A stretch of 64,000 nt of DNA from Escherichia phage vB_EcoM_NBG1. The translations under genes were made by a program, and so were the position numbers. Shown one piece after another: positions 1-9,010 of this stretch. Below the pieces are notes generated by a model. It did not search any database and was not told the DNA's origin. It saw only the letters and a list, made by a program, of their open reading frames with translations. The stretch is from sequence record MH243438.1; one strand, 5' to 3'. How positions within the stretch are numbered: position 1 is the first letter of the stretch; every line of letters begins with the position of its first letter.

Positions 1-9
1 AATGTTTCC

Positions 10-2223
10 TTATTTGGCCGCTTCCACGGCCTTCATGAATTTAACGATTTGAGCGACCTGTTCTTTGGAAAGAGTACCACGTCGTCCCATGTAGTCTGAC
101 ACAATATGATAATTGGTTTCGAATTCAATAACCATTTTATCATCATTATCGTAAGCATTATCTTTAAGCTTATCGAAAATTTTAGCACACAATTCTAACT
201 TCTTATTCAGGTCTGTATTAGTAGCACCTGCGAATCGATTCCATCCCCAACGATTATTTACTGTTGAGAGTTTTGCAAAGTCTTTACTGATTTCTTTGTT
301 CTTAGAGCTAAAATACTTACTAAGGAAGTTAAGCTCTTCATTACGAGTAATATGATTCAAATAAGGCTGTGCTCTACGACTTGGTGATACATACTCATCA
401 TAATCCACTTTATCGATTAGCGTAATATAGTCATTAATTGATTTTTCGAACAAGCATTCTACTTCGCCAAGTTTACGAACTTTCTTAGCAATCTGTGGAC
501 GAACTACAGTGAACTCTTTAATACCTGACAAATCAGCAATACGGGTCAAGAAATTGGAGTTATAGTTCAACCAACCTTTATCTGAGTCAAGACATTCAGC
601 ATTAGAACGATTACGAACTATAGCATAACCTTGGATTTCATCTGCTTCACTTGCCGGAATAAAGAGGTCTTCTGATACCCAAACGTCATTTTCATTCTTA
701 AAGAATCGATGAGCACTTGGCGATTTAGGACGAGGCTCATTAGTCCGTTTCCTGACTTCAATCCATGGCTTAACGATTTGTAAAAGCTCTGAAGTCTTGT
801 ACATGTTAATGTTGTCGCCATCAAAGATAACTTTAAGGCGTTCCAGAAGTTTCATTGCATCTTCGTCTGTAGGGTCAACGAATAGTACACTTTTACCAAA
901 ACCGCGTGGAACTTTACCAGTTAATTTAACCTCGTCTTTAGACATTTCAATTGAATTAAGAGCTCGCATTAATGGAACGCGTCCCTTAACGTCGTCAATA
1001 ACAATTTCAACATTTTTAATGTTAATGCCAATCAGACTGTTAATTGAAATGGTTGCCGTTGAGCTACCGCTTTCACGAATACGACGAAGACGAGGGGATT
1101 CAACGATATCGTATACGACACCAAGATTACACCACTCAGGCCCCATTTTAAAACGTTTGTACAACTCAGAATAAGTTAGTTGTTCTTTAGAGTATTTCAG
1201 TGATTCAATATTAGACCCGGCCTTTTCCATGTATTTACGAGCGGTATAGCCAAGAGAATCAATTTCACGGAACACATGACGTGGGTATTTACAATCAATC
1301 CATTTCTTAGAATCTTCAGCAAACAATTTAGCATCGATTTCTGCAACGCGTTTATGGATATTTGCTACTGTACGTTTATCAAATGACAATGCTTCACGAG
1401 ACGGGGCTACATCTAGTTCACCCATAGGGAATTTAATATAAGCTGTAGTGCATCGTGTCATCATCCATGTTTGTTCTTTAATAACACTTCCGATTGGATA
1501 TACAATACCACCGTAAACAGCCATGATATTACCGCGTTCACCCCATGGAGCTTCCTTGGCCAAATATACATCGTCAAATTCAGGGAAGTATTTAATATCT
1601 TTAACACCACGAACTTCTGCAATATCACCTAGAGGACGCATAACATATGCAATTTCGGATGCGAACTTTTCAAAATCTTCTGGGTTAACAGGCACAACTA
1701 CTTCAACGCCGGTCCGGTCATCAGGACCCATCTTATCTACAAAGGTCGGCTTAATTTGTGGACCCGTGTCATCTTGGTAGATTACGTAACCACGAACTTC
1801 ACCGTTGTGATAAGACGTAAGGTTAAACGTATCGGTATATGCTAGTGGAGCTTTAGAGCCGAGTCCGAATCCACCAATGAAATCGTTACTCGATGTTTTA
1901 GTTGAAGCAAAATATGAGTTATAGATTCCTGGCTCTTCGTCATTACCTCGAATGGTGAAATCACTCATACCAGGACCAAAGTCTCGAACTACAAAACGTG
2001 GGTCTAAACGACCTGGAGCCTGAACAATAAACTTATCAGTGCAACCATTAAGAATTTGTCCATCGATACAGTTTGTGATTAATTCACGTACGCAAGCCAA
2101 TTCTTTGTTTGTATAAAGGTCATTAGACAAAATCTTATAAACTTTACTATTGCCTTGAATAGTAAATGCTGTGCTTTTACCACCAGAACCAATAATCGTT
2201 TCTTTAGCCGTTTCAATAATCAT
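10..2223 (-). CDS. rIIA: rIIA protein (GHKL-type ATPase N-terminal domain)
   Basis: 737-aa ORF; Bergerat-fold motifs ELITNCIDG, RDFGPGMS, GGFGLG; resembles remembered T4 rIIA N-terminus; first gene of T4 map. Confidence 0.88.
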   Translation of the reverse strand: MIIETAKETIIGSGGKSTAFTIQGNSKVYKILSNDLYTNKELACVRELITNCIDGQILNGCTDKFIVQAPGRLDPRFVVRDFGPGMSDFTIRGNDEEPGIYNSYFASTKTSSNDFIGGFGLGSKAPLAYTDTFNLTSYHNGEVRGYVIYQDDTGPQIKPTFVDKMGPDDRTGVEVVVPVNPEDFEKFASEIAYVMRPLGDIAEVRGVKDIKYFPEFDDVYLAKEAPWGERGNIMAVYGGIVYPIGSVIKEQTWMMTRCTTAYIKFPMGELDVAPSREALSFDKRTVANIHKRVAEIDAKLFAEDSKKWIDCKYPRHVFREIDSLGYTARKYMEKAGSNIESLKYSKEQLTYSELYKRFKMGPEWCNLGVVYDIVESPRLRRIRESGSSTATISINSLIGINIKNVEIVIDDVKGRVPLMRALNSIEMSKDEVKLTGKVPRGFGKSVLFVDPTDEDAMKLLERLKVIFDGDNINMYKTSELLQIVKPWIEVRKRTNEPRPKSPSAHRFFKNENDVWVSEDLFIPASEADEIQGYAIVRNRSNAECLDSDKGWLNYNSNFLTRIADLSGIKEFTVVRPQIAKKVRKLGEVECLFEKSINDYITLIDKVDYDEYVSPSRRAQPYLNHITRNEELNFLSKYFSSKNKEISKDFAKLSTVNNRWGWNRFAGATNTDLNKKLELCAKIFDKLKDNAYDNDDKMVIEFETNYHIVSDYMGRRGTLSKEQVAQIVKFMKAVEAAK

Positions 2224-2235
2224 ATTTTTCTCTCA

Positions 2236-2436
2236 TCACAAGTTACGTTTAAAAATTTCTGCCACTTCGAGAAGTTCTTCTTTAGTAGCTGTATCGGTTT
2301 GTATTTTATATCGAATTTCTTTAAAGCGTTCTTTAAAGGACTCTGCTGACTCGATATCAAAAAATCTTTGGATAAGCCGGAATTCCCGGAGCACTGCTTT
2401 ATCAAAAAGTTCCAAGTCCACGTTATATGTTCTCAT
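2236..2436 (-). CDS. hypothetical small protein (rIIA.1 position)
   Basis: 66-aa ORF directly downstream of rIIA, same strand; no recognisable motif. Confidence 0.5.
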   Translation of the reverse strand: MRTYNVDLELFDKAVLREFRLIQRFFDIESAESFKERFKEIRYKIQTDTATKEELLEVAEIFKRNL

Positions 2437-2528
2437 AATATTCTCTTCAGTAGATTCCTAGGGCACTATTACTAAAGACCATATAATCTATCATCTTATG
2501 TGTAATAGTGCCTCAGGCTATTCAGGAT

Positions 2529-3629
2529 TTACGCTGTGAAGATTTTATCCCACATCGCAACAACTGCATCTCGATTATACTTCTTCCATACTGCTTCAGC
2601 ACGTTTAACTCGAGCTTCGTATGTGTCAGTGAATTCTAATACAGCTTTTGTGTAAAGCGCAACTACTTCTTTCTTAGGAGTAGAGGAATCAATTTCTACA
2701 CGCACAGTATCTGGGTCATATTCGAATGTCGCGTGCGGATAATCCTTAAAAACTAACTGAATCACAGGGACACCTTTAGAGATGGCTTCAATAGAACTAT
2801 TCTCTACCGTACCCGTGTCAGGACACGTATTAATAAGTGCTTTAGCTGTTTTAAGACGTTCCATGATTTCACTGTGTGGAGCATCAATAATAACAGGATA
2901 CTTAGCCGGTGGTGCCCATTTACTAGGACAGTATCCTACACCATTTTCGCCTAGTGCTTTAATCGCTTCAAGAGCAACATCAGTACGACGCATTTTAGTG
3001 TCATAACGTTGTGCACTAATAATCAGATCAGTCGCCGTAAGAACTTCAGGTTTATCATTCAAACAAATAACCGGATAATCTTCGGCTTCAAACAACGGAT
3101 TTGCTCGCCAATAATCATAATCAATTTTGTCAGTCAGACCTGAAGTCATATAACAATATTTGCGTTCAAATTCACGGAAGGCTTTAGTAGGAGCATAACT
3201 CTTACCACCGTTCTTATGAATTTGAATAGTCTGGTCCCAAATTTGAACAATGCCACGAGATACCGGTTCAAATGGTGTTGCCATAAAATTCTTATGAACT
3301 TTAGAGAGACCCGCGTCTTTAATTGCCTGAACGGTTAGTTTAGTCGGTTCCATAGTAACAACAAAATCATATTCATGGATGCCGGCTAGTTCAACAATCT
3401 TACGAGCCATAGTATAACTCATACCTAGACTGAATTTAGTCAGATGACCAACAGGATGATGATTAACCTTCCAATCACCAAATGTGTCATTATCAAAACC
3501 GATATAATCAATATCAGCACCGATGGACACAAGATATTTCAACACATTTAAATGTACTGCTTCAAGACCACCTTGTACACGTTCTGGGTTAAATGGGACT
3601 GCACGAGATGGGATAAACATAACTTTCAT
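2529..3629 (-). CDS. putative glycosyltransferase (candidate DNA hmC sugar transferase)
   Basis: 366-aa ORF; N-terminus MKVMFIPSRA..GGLE loosely resembles T4 alpha-glucosyltransferase start; sits in an insert between rIIA.1 and gene 39 that T4 lacks. Confidence 0.55.
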   Translation of the reverse strand: MKVMFIPSRAVPFNPERVQGGLEAVHLNVLKYLVSIGADIDYIGFDNDTFGDWKVNHHPVGHLTKFSLGMSYTMARKIVELAGIHEYDFVVTMEPTKLTVQAIKDAGLSKVHKNFMATPFEPVSRGIVQIWDQTIQIHKNGGKSYAPTKAFREFERKYCYMTSGLTDKIDYDYWRANPLFEAEDYPVICLNDKPEVLTATDLIISAQRYDTKMRRTDVALEAIKALGENGVGYCPSKWAPPAKYPVIIDAPHSEIMERLKTAKALINTCPDTGTVENSSIEAISKGVPVIQLVFKDYPHATFEYDPDTVRVEIDSSTPKKEVVALYTKAVLEFTDTYEARVKRAEAVWKKYNRDAVVAMWDKIFTA

Positions 3630-3654
3630 AATTAAGCCTTATTAAAATTAAAAT

Positions 3655-3674
3655 TAAGCTCCCGAAGGAGCTTA
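3655..3674 (-). terminator. UUCG-tetraloop stem-loop at end of gene 39 (possible terminator/RNA stability element)
   Basis: minus RNA AAGCUCC-UUCG-GGAGCUU followed by A/U-rich tract; overlaps gene 39 stop. Confidence 0.4.
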
Positions 3675-5489
3675 GGACATCCATTCTTTACGAAGTTCTG
3701 AATCATCACCCATCAACATTTCAAAGAGTTCTTTCCAATTTTCAGGAAGTTTAACTACGTCGTACACAGGGTTCTGAATCATTTCACGATATTCTGACTT
3801 TTCAAGGGAGCCCAATCCCTTGATGTATCGAATACTATGCTTAGGCAGTGTATCTTTAACTTCTTCATACTCAGCTACAGTATAAAACCATTTTTGAGTT
3901 TTGCCAATTTGTGCAATAATTACAGGCGTTTTAACAAAGCGAATACGTCCTTGTTCGAACAATTCAGGCCAATTACTAAAGAAAGCAAGCAAAGCCGGAT
4001 AGATACTTCCAAGACCGTCGTGATCTGCATCAGTCATAATTGCAATATTACGATAGTTCGTATTCTCTGCCTTTTCACCAAGAATAAGACCTGTGATAGC
4101 ACAGATATCAAAGAGCTCTTTGTTCTTCATCATATCAGCATATGACATACCCCAGCTATTCATCACCTTACCACGTAATGGGAATCCGCCGTGTAGTTCA
4201 CGGTCACGAACATCAATGAGATAACCAATTGCCGAATCACCTTCCGTTAAGAACAATGTCGTATCTGCATCTTTACCACATTGGTTAGCTTTAATATGCT
4301 TATGAACCTTAGCTTTAGTTGCCTTTTTAGCTGCTTTAGTTTCTGCAGCCTTTTCTGCCGCCAATTTACGAGCTAATGCTGCTTCAACAATAGGCATAAT
4401 CAAGGCTTCGTTTTTAAGAAGTGCCTGAGCAATTTTCTTAGCATCTAATTGGATATGATTACGAATATCACCATACGTTGACGTTAAACGTTCTTTAGTC
4501 TGAGAATCAAAACGCATGTTGCTCATGTCTCTAATAAACATCAACATTGTGAGGCATTCTTTAACACGAGCTTTAGTGACTTCAATACCCTTATATTTCT
4601 TTTTAATACCCGGTAAAAGATGTTCGCAGATATCATCCATTACACATTCAACATGATGACCACCATTTTTAGTATGGATGTTATTCACATAAGTTAAATG
4701 ACGGAAGCCATCTGGTGATGTTGTGAATGCTATAGAGACTTTATCATTTTCTTGAATGATGTTATCTTCACCAAATTGTTTAGCAAATCGTTTAAAATTA
4801 CCATCAACCTTTTTACCATTAAATGTGAACTTGATATCAGGATAAACGACTGCCAATGTTTGAAGTCGGTCTAAAGTAATATCTAAATAAATTTGAGATA
4901 AATTATGCTCTTCAAATGAAGAGAAATCAGGAGTGAAGATTACTTTAGTGCCTTTACCTTTAGATTTCTTAGAAGACCATGATTTGTTTTCCATTCCGTT
5001 TGAACAGTTAACAGTGATTTCATTTTCGCCATCTGACGTGATGCCTGTAAACAACGTAGAGAAGATATTAGTTAAACTACTCCCGACGCCGTTCATACCA
5101 CCAGTCTTGCGTTCAGAATCATCACCAAAGTTACCACCAGCCTTTGGAATAGTCCAGGCCGCTACAGGACCAGGAATTTGTTCACCTGTTTGGTCGGTAA
5201 CTAAACCTTGAGGAATACCACGTCCGTTATCTTCCACCGAAACTTGATTATTTTTAATTTGCACATCAATTTTATTTGCAAACTTAAATGATGTACGAAT
5301 AGCTTCATCAACCGAGTTGTCAATAATCTCATCGATTAATTTAACCAGACCAGGAACATATTCAACTTGTTGATATTTACCAAACAAAAAACGCTCATGT
5401 GCTTCTTTAGCAGAAGAACCAATATACATACCACTACGTTTCTTAATATGTTCTACATCTGACAATACCTTAATTTCATTTTTAATCAT
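3672..5489 (-). CDS. 39: DNA topoisomerase II large subunit (gene 39 fused with gene 60 region)
   Basis: 605-aa ORF; GHKL ATPase motifs EIIDNSVDEA, EDNGRGIP, GGMNGVGSS plus TOPRIM-like C-terminal part; single uninterrupted ORF. Confidence 0.9.
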   Translation of the reverse strand: MIKNEIKVLSDVEHIKKRSGMYIGSSAKEAHERFLFGKYQQVEYVPGLVKLIDEIIDNSVDEAIRTSFKFANKIDVQIKNNQVSVEDNGRGIPQGLVTDQTGEQIPGPVAAWTIPKAGGNFGDDSERKTGGMNGVGSSLTNIFSTLFTGITSDGENEITVNCSNGMENKSWSSKKSKGKGTKVIFTPDFSSFEEHNLSQIYLDITLDRLQTLAVVYPDIKFTFNGKKVDGNFKRFAKQFGEDNIIQENDKVSIAFTTSPDGFRHLTYVNNIHTKNGGHHVECVMDDICEHLLPGIKKKYKGIEVTKARVKECLTMLMFIRDMSNMRFDSQTKERLTSTYGDIRNHIQLDAKKIAQALLKNEALIMPIVEAALARKLAAEKAAETKAAKKATKAKVHKHIKANQCGKDADTTLFLTEGDSAIGYLIDVRDRELHGGFPLRGKVMNSWGMSYADMMKNKELFDICAITGLILGEKAENTNYRNIAIMTDADHDGLGSIYPALLAFFSNWPELFEQGRIRFVKTPVIIAQIGKTQKWFYTVAEYEEVKDTLPKHSIRYIKGLGSLEKSEYREMIQNPVYDVVKLPENWKELFEMLMGDDSELRKEWMS

Positions 5490-5530
5490 GTTGTCTCCTC
5501 GTTATGAAGGTATTCTATCATCCGAAATCT

Positions 5531-5553
5531 AAAGCAAAAAGGGCCGAAGCCCT
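5531..5553 (-). terminator. intrinsic terminator-like hairpin (UUCG loop) followed by U tract
   Basis: minus RNA AGGGC-UUCG-GCCCU then UUUUUGCUUU. Confidence 0.5.
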
Positions 5554-5999
5554 TATTTAAATTTAATTTTCTGAAGTGCATCAATTGCAGCCAAACGCCC
5601 TTGTTCACTTTTAACTGTAATGACCACATCGCCTGATACGATCACCGAACCATCAACAAATTCTATGGAGCCTTTTTTGAAATCGACAGCTGTATCTGGT
5701 TCCGGAACTTCTTCAAAGAATTTAAATTCTGCACCATAAAGCAGAATATCACCTTGCATACTATGAATAGTTCGGCCGTAATCGCCTACGGCTTCTACAG
5801 CAATAACCGAAACACCGTAACCAATCATCTCTTCCACAATAAAATCTTTGGACAATAAAGTAGTATGCAGATTAGTATTAAGACGTTTACCAGTCGTATT
5901 AAGAATTCTCAAGAAATTATCTTCTTGACCTTTGATAATACGGTATTTCTTACCAACTTCAAAACCTTTAAAACCTTTAAAAGCCGTATTAAAAGCCAT
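5553..5999 (-). CDS. hypothetical protein
   Basis: 148-aa ORF, compact spacing, same strand. Confidence 0.55.
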   Translation of the reverse strand: MAFNTAFKGFKGFEVGKKYRIIKGQEDNFLRILNTTGKRLNTNLHTTLLSKDFIVEEMIGYGVSVIAVEAVGDYGRTIHSMQGDILLYGAEFKFFEEVPEPDTAVDFKKGSIEFVDGSVIVSGDVVITVKSEQGRLAAIDALQKIKFK

Positions 6000-6001
6000 A
6001 A

Positions 6002-6181
6002 TTAACCCTTCTTAAGTAAGTCGTAAAAACCACCATTCACATGTTTAGGAGCAGAAACCCGACGAGTAGACAGACGATGACATTCAGGGCAAACATCGTT
6101 TTCTCGTTCAGAAATTCTTTTAATTTTTTCATATTCATGACCACAATCTTCAGATTGACATTTATAGTCGTATATCGGCAT
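6002..6181 (-). CDS. small zinc-ribbon protein (CxxC..CxxC)
   Basis: 59-aa ORF found by manual translation ([24 protein letters not shown]); ATG overlaps upstream stop as TAATG. Confidence 0.5.
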   Translation of the reverse strand: MPIYDYKCQSEDCGHEYEKIKRISERENDVCPECHRLSTRRVSAPKHVNGGFYDLLKKG

Positions 6182-6594
6182 TATTGTTCCTTAAAATGTG
6201 CTTTCAACATTTGATACAAAGACCATGCCTGGTCGTTATTTTCGATAGTAATTGTCATCACCGGAAATTCAGACAATTCGTCAAGTTCACCAGAATCTTG
6301 CTCTTCGGACGCTTGATATGGATTTCCAACTTCGTCAAAGAACTCTGCTTCATTCGTGGAGAGCCAGATAAAGTTTTCATCAAGGATATCACCGCCTGTT
6401 GCGTATCCAACCATACCAGTAGATGTCACAATTTTAGTAGGACGACCAAGATGGTCAACATCTAATACTTTAAATGGTTCCATGCCAAGACGACGTGCAT
6501 AAATCCCATTATCAGTGTGGTCTTTAATAAACTCTTCTTGGGCACGTTTATCTTTAAATTGGTACCATGAGTTAACGCGGAATTTATTAGCCAT
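6181..6594 (-). CDS. hypothetical protein
   Basis: 137 aa from ATG at 6594 (MANKFRVNS..), which overlaps upstream stop as TAATG; ORF-track start at 6612 is a TTG. Confidence 0.55.
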   Translation of the reverse strand: MANKFRVNSWYQFKDKRAQEEFIKDHTDNGIYARRLGMEPFKVLDVDHLGRPTKIVTSTGMVGYATGGDILDENFIWLSTNEAEFFDEVGNPYQASEEQDSGELDELSEFPVMTITIENNDQAWSLYQMLKAHFKEQ

Positions 6595-6821
6595 TAGTAA
6601 GTTTCCTTCCAATAAGTTGTACCATTTTCAGTGATTTCACGGAAGATACCATAGATAGGCATTTCGTCGCCGAGTTTTTCGTAAACGTAAACCACTTCGG
6701 TGTAGCATAAAAATTCGGTCCAGTTTTTCTGTACAACAACTAAATCAGGATTAAACAGAACATCTTCAAACTCATCGATGTTTGAATCAGTAGTTACGTT
6801 TTTAATGATTTGACGTTTCAT
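6594..6821 (-). CDS. hypothetical protein
   Basis: 75 aa from ATG at 6821 (MKRQIIKNV..) preceded by AGGAGA SD; ORF-track 5' extension would run into the promoter. Confidence 0.5.
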   Translation of the reverse strand: MKRQIIKNVTTDSNIDEFEDVLFNPDLVVVQKNWTEFLCYTEVVYVYEKLGDEMPIYGIFREITENGTTYWKETY

Positions 6822-6849
6822 AATATTCTCCTCTTGTTTTGATAGGTCT

Positions 6850-6878
6850 ATAGTATCATAGACCATAGTTGTTGTACA
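6850..6878 (-). promoter_or_regulatory. early promoter (TGTACA-N17-TACTAT) with GGTCTAT/ATAGACC inverted repeat
   Basis: -10 at 6850-6855 and -35 at 6873-6878 read on minus strand. Confidence 0.45.
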
Positions 6879-7403
6879 TCATTTTAGCAAAATAAAATCA
6901 ACTTGTTCTGCCAATGAACGTCTAAACATTAATTGACAACTTCCGAGGATGAAATCAGGTGCTTCATAGACCGCGATGTAGTATCCTTTAGCTTTCAAGA
7001 GTTCAACATCCACCTGGTCATCAAACCATGCATAAACCGCGTCAACACTTTCAAATCCAAAATAGAACTCTTGAGCCCAATCTTCGTTCAATTCAAATGT
7101 GTGCTCAATTCTATAGTATCTTAAGATATTTTGTTCAAGGAGTTTGTCTTCATTTACTGTAGGACGATTAGGGACATTATAGTTGTCACCGTGATGGTAG
7201 AAGTTACCTGAGATTATCCCATGTTTATCAAGGAACTCCCATGTTTCTTCAGAGTTATCGGTGCCCGACCAACCGTATGGCGAACGAGGTTCTTTATTCC
7301 AAGAGGTTTCCCAAATTCTGACGGCTTTACCGTCTTCGATAGCAATTCCTGGTAATGATTCACGTTGAGTACAAAAACTACGTTCTACGCGGTAAACTAA
7401 CAT
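6879..7403 (-). CDS. hypothetical protein
   Basis: 174-aa ORF; SD AGGAGA lies inside a 13-bp inverted repeat with the upstream promoter spacer. Confidence 0.6.
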   Translation of the reverse strand: MLVYRVERSFCTQRESLPGIAIEDGKAVRIWETSWNKEPRSPYGWSGTDNSEETWEFLDKHGIISGNFYHHGDNYNVPNRPTVNEDKLLEQNILRYYRIEHTFELNEDWAQEFYFGFESVDAVYAWFDDQVDVELLKAKGYYIAVYEAPDFILGSCQLMFRRSLAEQVDFILLK

Positions 7404-7407
7404 ATTA

Positions 7408-7458
7408 TTCTCCTCTGGTTGATACGGTTATAATATCAAAACCAGAGGAGAAGTAAAC
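7408..7458 (-). promoter_or_regulatory. early promoter (GTTTAC-N17-TATTAT) whose spacer is a perfect 13-bp inverted repeat of the downstream SD region
   Basis: arms 7408-7420 (contains SD AGGAGA) and 7440-7452 (promoter spacer); -10 at 7430-7435; -35 at 7453-7458. Confidence 0.55.
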
Positions 7459-7462
7459 AACT

Positions 7463-7882
7463 TTATGCAAAAGATGCTGGACAATATTTTTTGATTTGGA
7501 ACTCAGGAACTACCATGAACTGTCCAGCGAAAACGATGTTATAAAGCTTAACACCATCTTCTACCCATTGGTCCGAAATAAAACCAGCAACTTGATTCGT
7601 TGTCCATGGAGACCCGTCAGTTGCAGCAGCAATAGTAAATTCATGGTCTTTTACAACTAAAACAGACCTGCACAGTTTCCATTTGAACGCACGTTCTTCT
7701 GGCTCAATGAACTGGCTTTTAACGTAACCAATGTTACCATCGGCGTCACGAACTTTAACTTGGTTACGACCAAAAACCGGATCACTCACAGAAAGAACTT
7801 CAACCAACTTCCCAGCAACTTTAGAGCGAGAAGCATCCGATACGTGTACATAATCACCAATAGAGAGATTTGCAATATTCAT
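7463..7882 (-). CDS. MotB-like protein, paralog 1 (KOW-like N-terminus)
   Basis: 139 aa; N-terminal IGDYVHVSDASRSKVAGKLVEV and C-terminal GFISDQWVEDGVKLYNIVF shared with the next ORF; T4 motB map position. Confidence 0.55.
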   Translation of the reverse strand: MNIANLSIGDYVHVSDASRSKVAGKLVEVLSVSDPVFGRNQVKVRDADGNIGYVKSQFIEPEERAFKWKLCRSVLVVKDHEFTIAAATDGSPWTTNQVAGFISDQWVEDGVKLYNIVFAGQFMVVPEFQIKKYCPASFA

Positions 7883-7891
7883 AATAATTCC

Positions 7892-8389
7892 TTAAGCTTT
7901 ACGAGGAGACACATAGCGAGTGATTTCAGATTCTTCAACAACTCGGAAGTCACCTAAGAATACAATATTGTATAGCTTTTTACCATCTTCTACCCATTGG
8001 TCACTAATGAAGCCGCACATAGTATCAGTTTTGCTTGGATAACCGTATTCGTCGATGTAATCAAATTCTTTATCGGTTATAAATTCAACGCCTTTGCAAA
8101 GGGCCCATTTGAACTGTGTAGTAGGCTCAACGATATCGCTTGAAGCAAAGTGTGCAGGTGCAACTTCTTCGCTTGAAGCAAATTGAACTCGTATATGTTT
8201 TTCCAGGAATTTAGGACTCACGTAAGCATACTGGGCATCTTGTCCGCCAAAACTGGGCATGATTCGAACTTTAACTTCTTTAACACGTCCCATGCCGTTA
8301 GTACGAAGCCCTGCTACTTCAACCAGACGACCTGCAGCTTTAGAACGAGAAGCAGGAGATACACGAAGGATTTCACCAATAGTAATCAT
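7892..8389 (-). CDS. MotB-like protein, paralog 2
   Basis: 165 aa; shares SRSKAAGRLVEV and GFISDQWVEDGKKLYNIVF with paralog 1. Confidence 0.55.
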   Translation of the reverse strand: MITIGEILRVSPASRSKAAGRLVEVAGLRTNGMGRVKEVKVRIMPSFGGQDAQYAYVSPKFLEKHIRVQFASSEEVAPAHFASSDIVEPTTQFKWALCKGVEFITDKEFDYIDEYGYPSKTDTMCGFISDQWVEDGKKLYNIVFLGDFRVVEESEITRYVSPRKA

Positions 8390-8417
8390 AATTTCTCTCT
8401 TTGTTTAAATTGAATTC

Positions 8418-8446
8418 ACTATACTCCATCCATCCTTGGATGTACA
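8418..8446 (-). promoter_or_regulatory. early sigma70-like promoter, PeSL-type variant (TTGTACA-N17-TATAGT)
   Basis: minus strand TTGTACATCCAAGGATGGATGGAGTATAGT, about 25 nt upstream of the ATG at 8389. Confidence 0.55.
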
Positions 8447-8449
8447 ACA

Positions 8450-8944
8450 TTAATTAAGGATATTAACCACAGCACTACGCGGAACTACACTAAAATCACC
8501 TGCATGAACTACGTTCAGAAGTTCAACACCGTCTTCAATCCACTGATCAGTTACCCATCCACAAACTGGACCTGCGAACGGACGTCGAATTGAAACAGCT
8601 TTACACAACAAATCAGTAGGCTCAATAGGCTTAATCAGAGTACCGTACATACAAGCGATATCCATATCAATACAGATGTCTTTAACGGGTTCTACTTCTT
8701 CAATCAACAGTTCAAAGTCTGTGCTTGGAAGGGCGGTAGTAGAAATTGTACCATATGAATTTTTAATTTCTAAGAATAACCAAGGGCCTTCAGCTTGTTT
8801 GATGAAGTTAACAATAGTGAAACTGTTACCTTGAGTGGCACCTAAAATTTCACAAAACTTTTCATAAGCTCGCACTGAAGCACCGTACCAGTTGATTTGT
8901 TTTTCGTCTTTCAGGATGTAAGTAGCCGTAGTATTGATATTCAT
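8450..8944 (-). CDS. MotB C-terminal-domain-like protein, paralog 3
   Basis: 164 aa; C-terminus GWVTDQWIEDGVELLNVVHAGDF matches paralogs 1 and 2; N-terminus unrelated; own PeSL-type promoter. Confidence 0.55.
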   Translation of the reverse strand: MNINTTATYILKDEKQINWYGASVRAYEKFCEILGATQGNSFTIVNFIKQAEGPWLFLEIKNSYGTISTTALPSTDFELLIEEVEPVKDICIDMDIACMYGTLIKPIEPTDLLCKAVSIRRPFAGPVCGWVTDQWIEDGVELLNVVHAGDFSVVPRSAVVNILN

Positions 8945-8975
8945 AATGTTTTTCCTGTTTGGTTAAGATAGAAAG

Positions 8976-9005
8976 ATTATACTCCAACCATCCTTGGTTG
9001 TAAAC
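8976..9005 (-). promoter_or_regulatory. early promoter cassette (GTTTAC-N17/18-TATAAT with internal inverted repeat)
   Basis: minus strand AGTTTACAACCAAGGATGGTTGGAGTATAAT; identical 30-nt copies at 50967-50996 and 51987-52015. Confidence 0.6.
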
Positions 9006-9010
9006 TGATT

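Noticed and set aside
797-1174. plus-strand ORFs lying inside minus-strand genes (e.g. 797-1174, 1523-1780, 10011-10358, 31709-32149, 33062-33655, 35906-36358, 37653-38141, 54653-55009)
   Set aside because: They are fully embedded in well-supported minus-strand genes, lack convincing SD sequences and have low-complexity or odd composition; treated as frame shadows
2473-2501. plus-strand TATAAT inside the loop of the 2462-2512 inverted repeat
   Set aside because: No acceptable -35 at proper spacing on the plus strand and no plus-strand gene downstream
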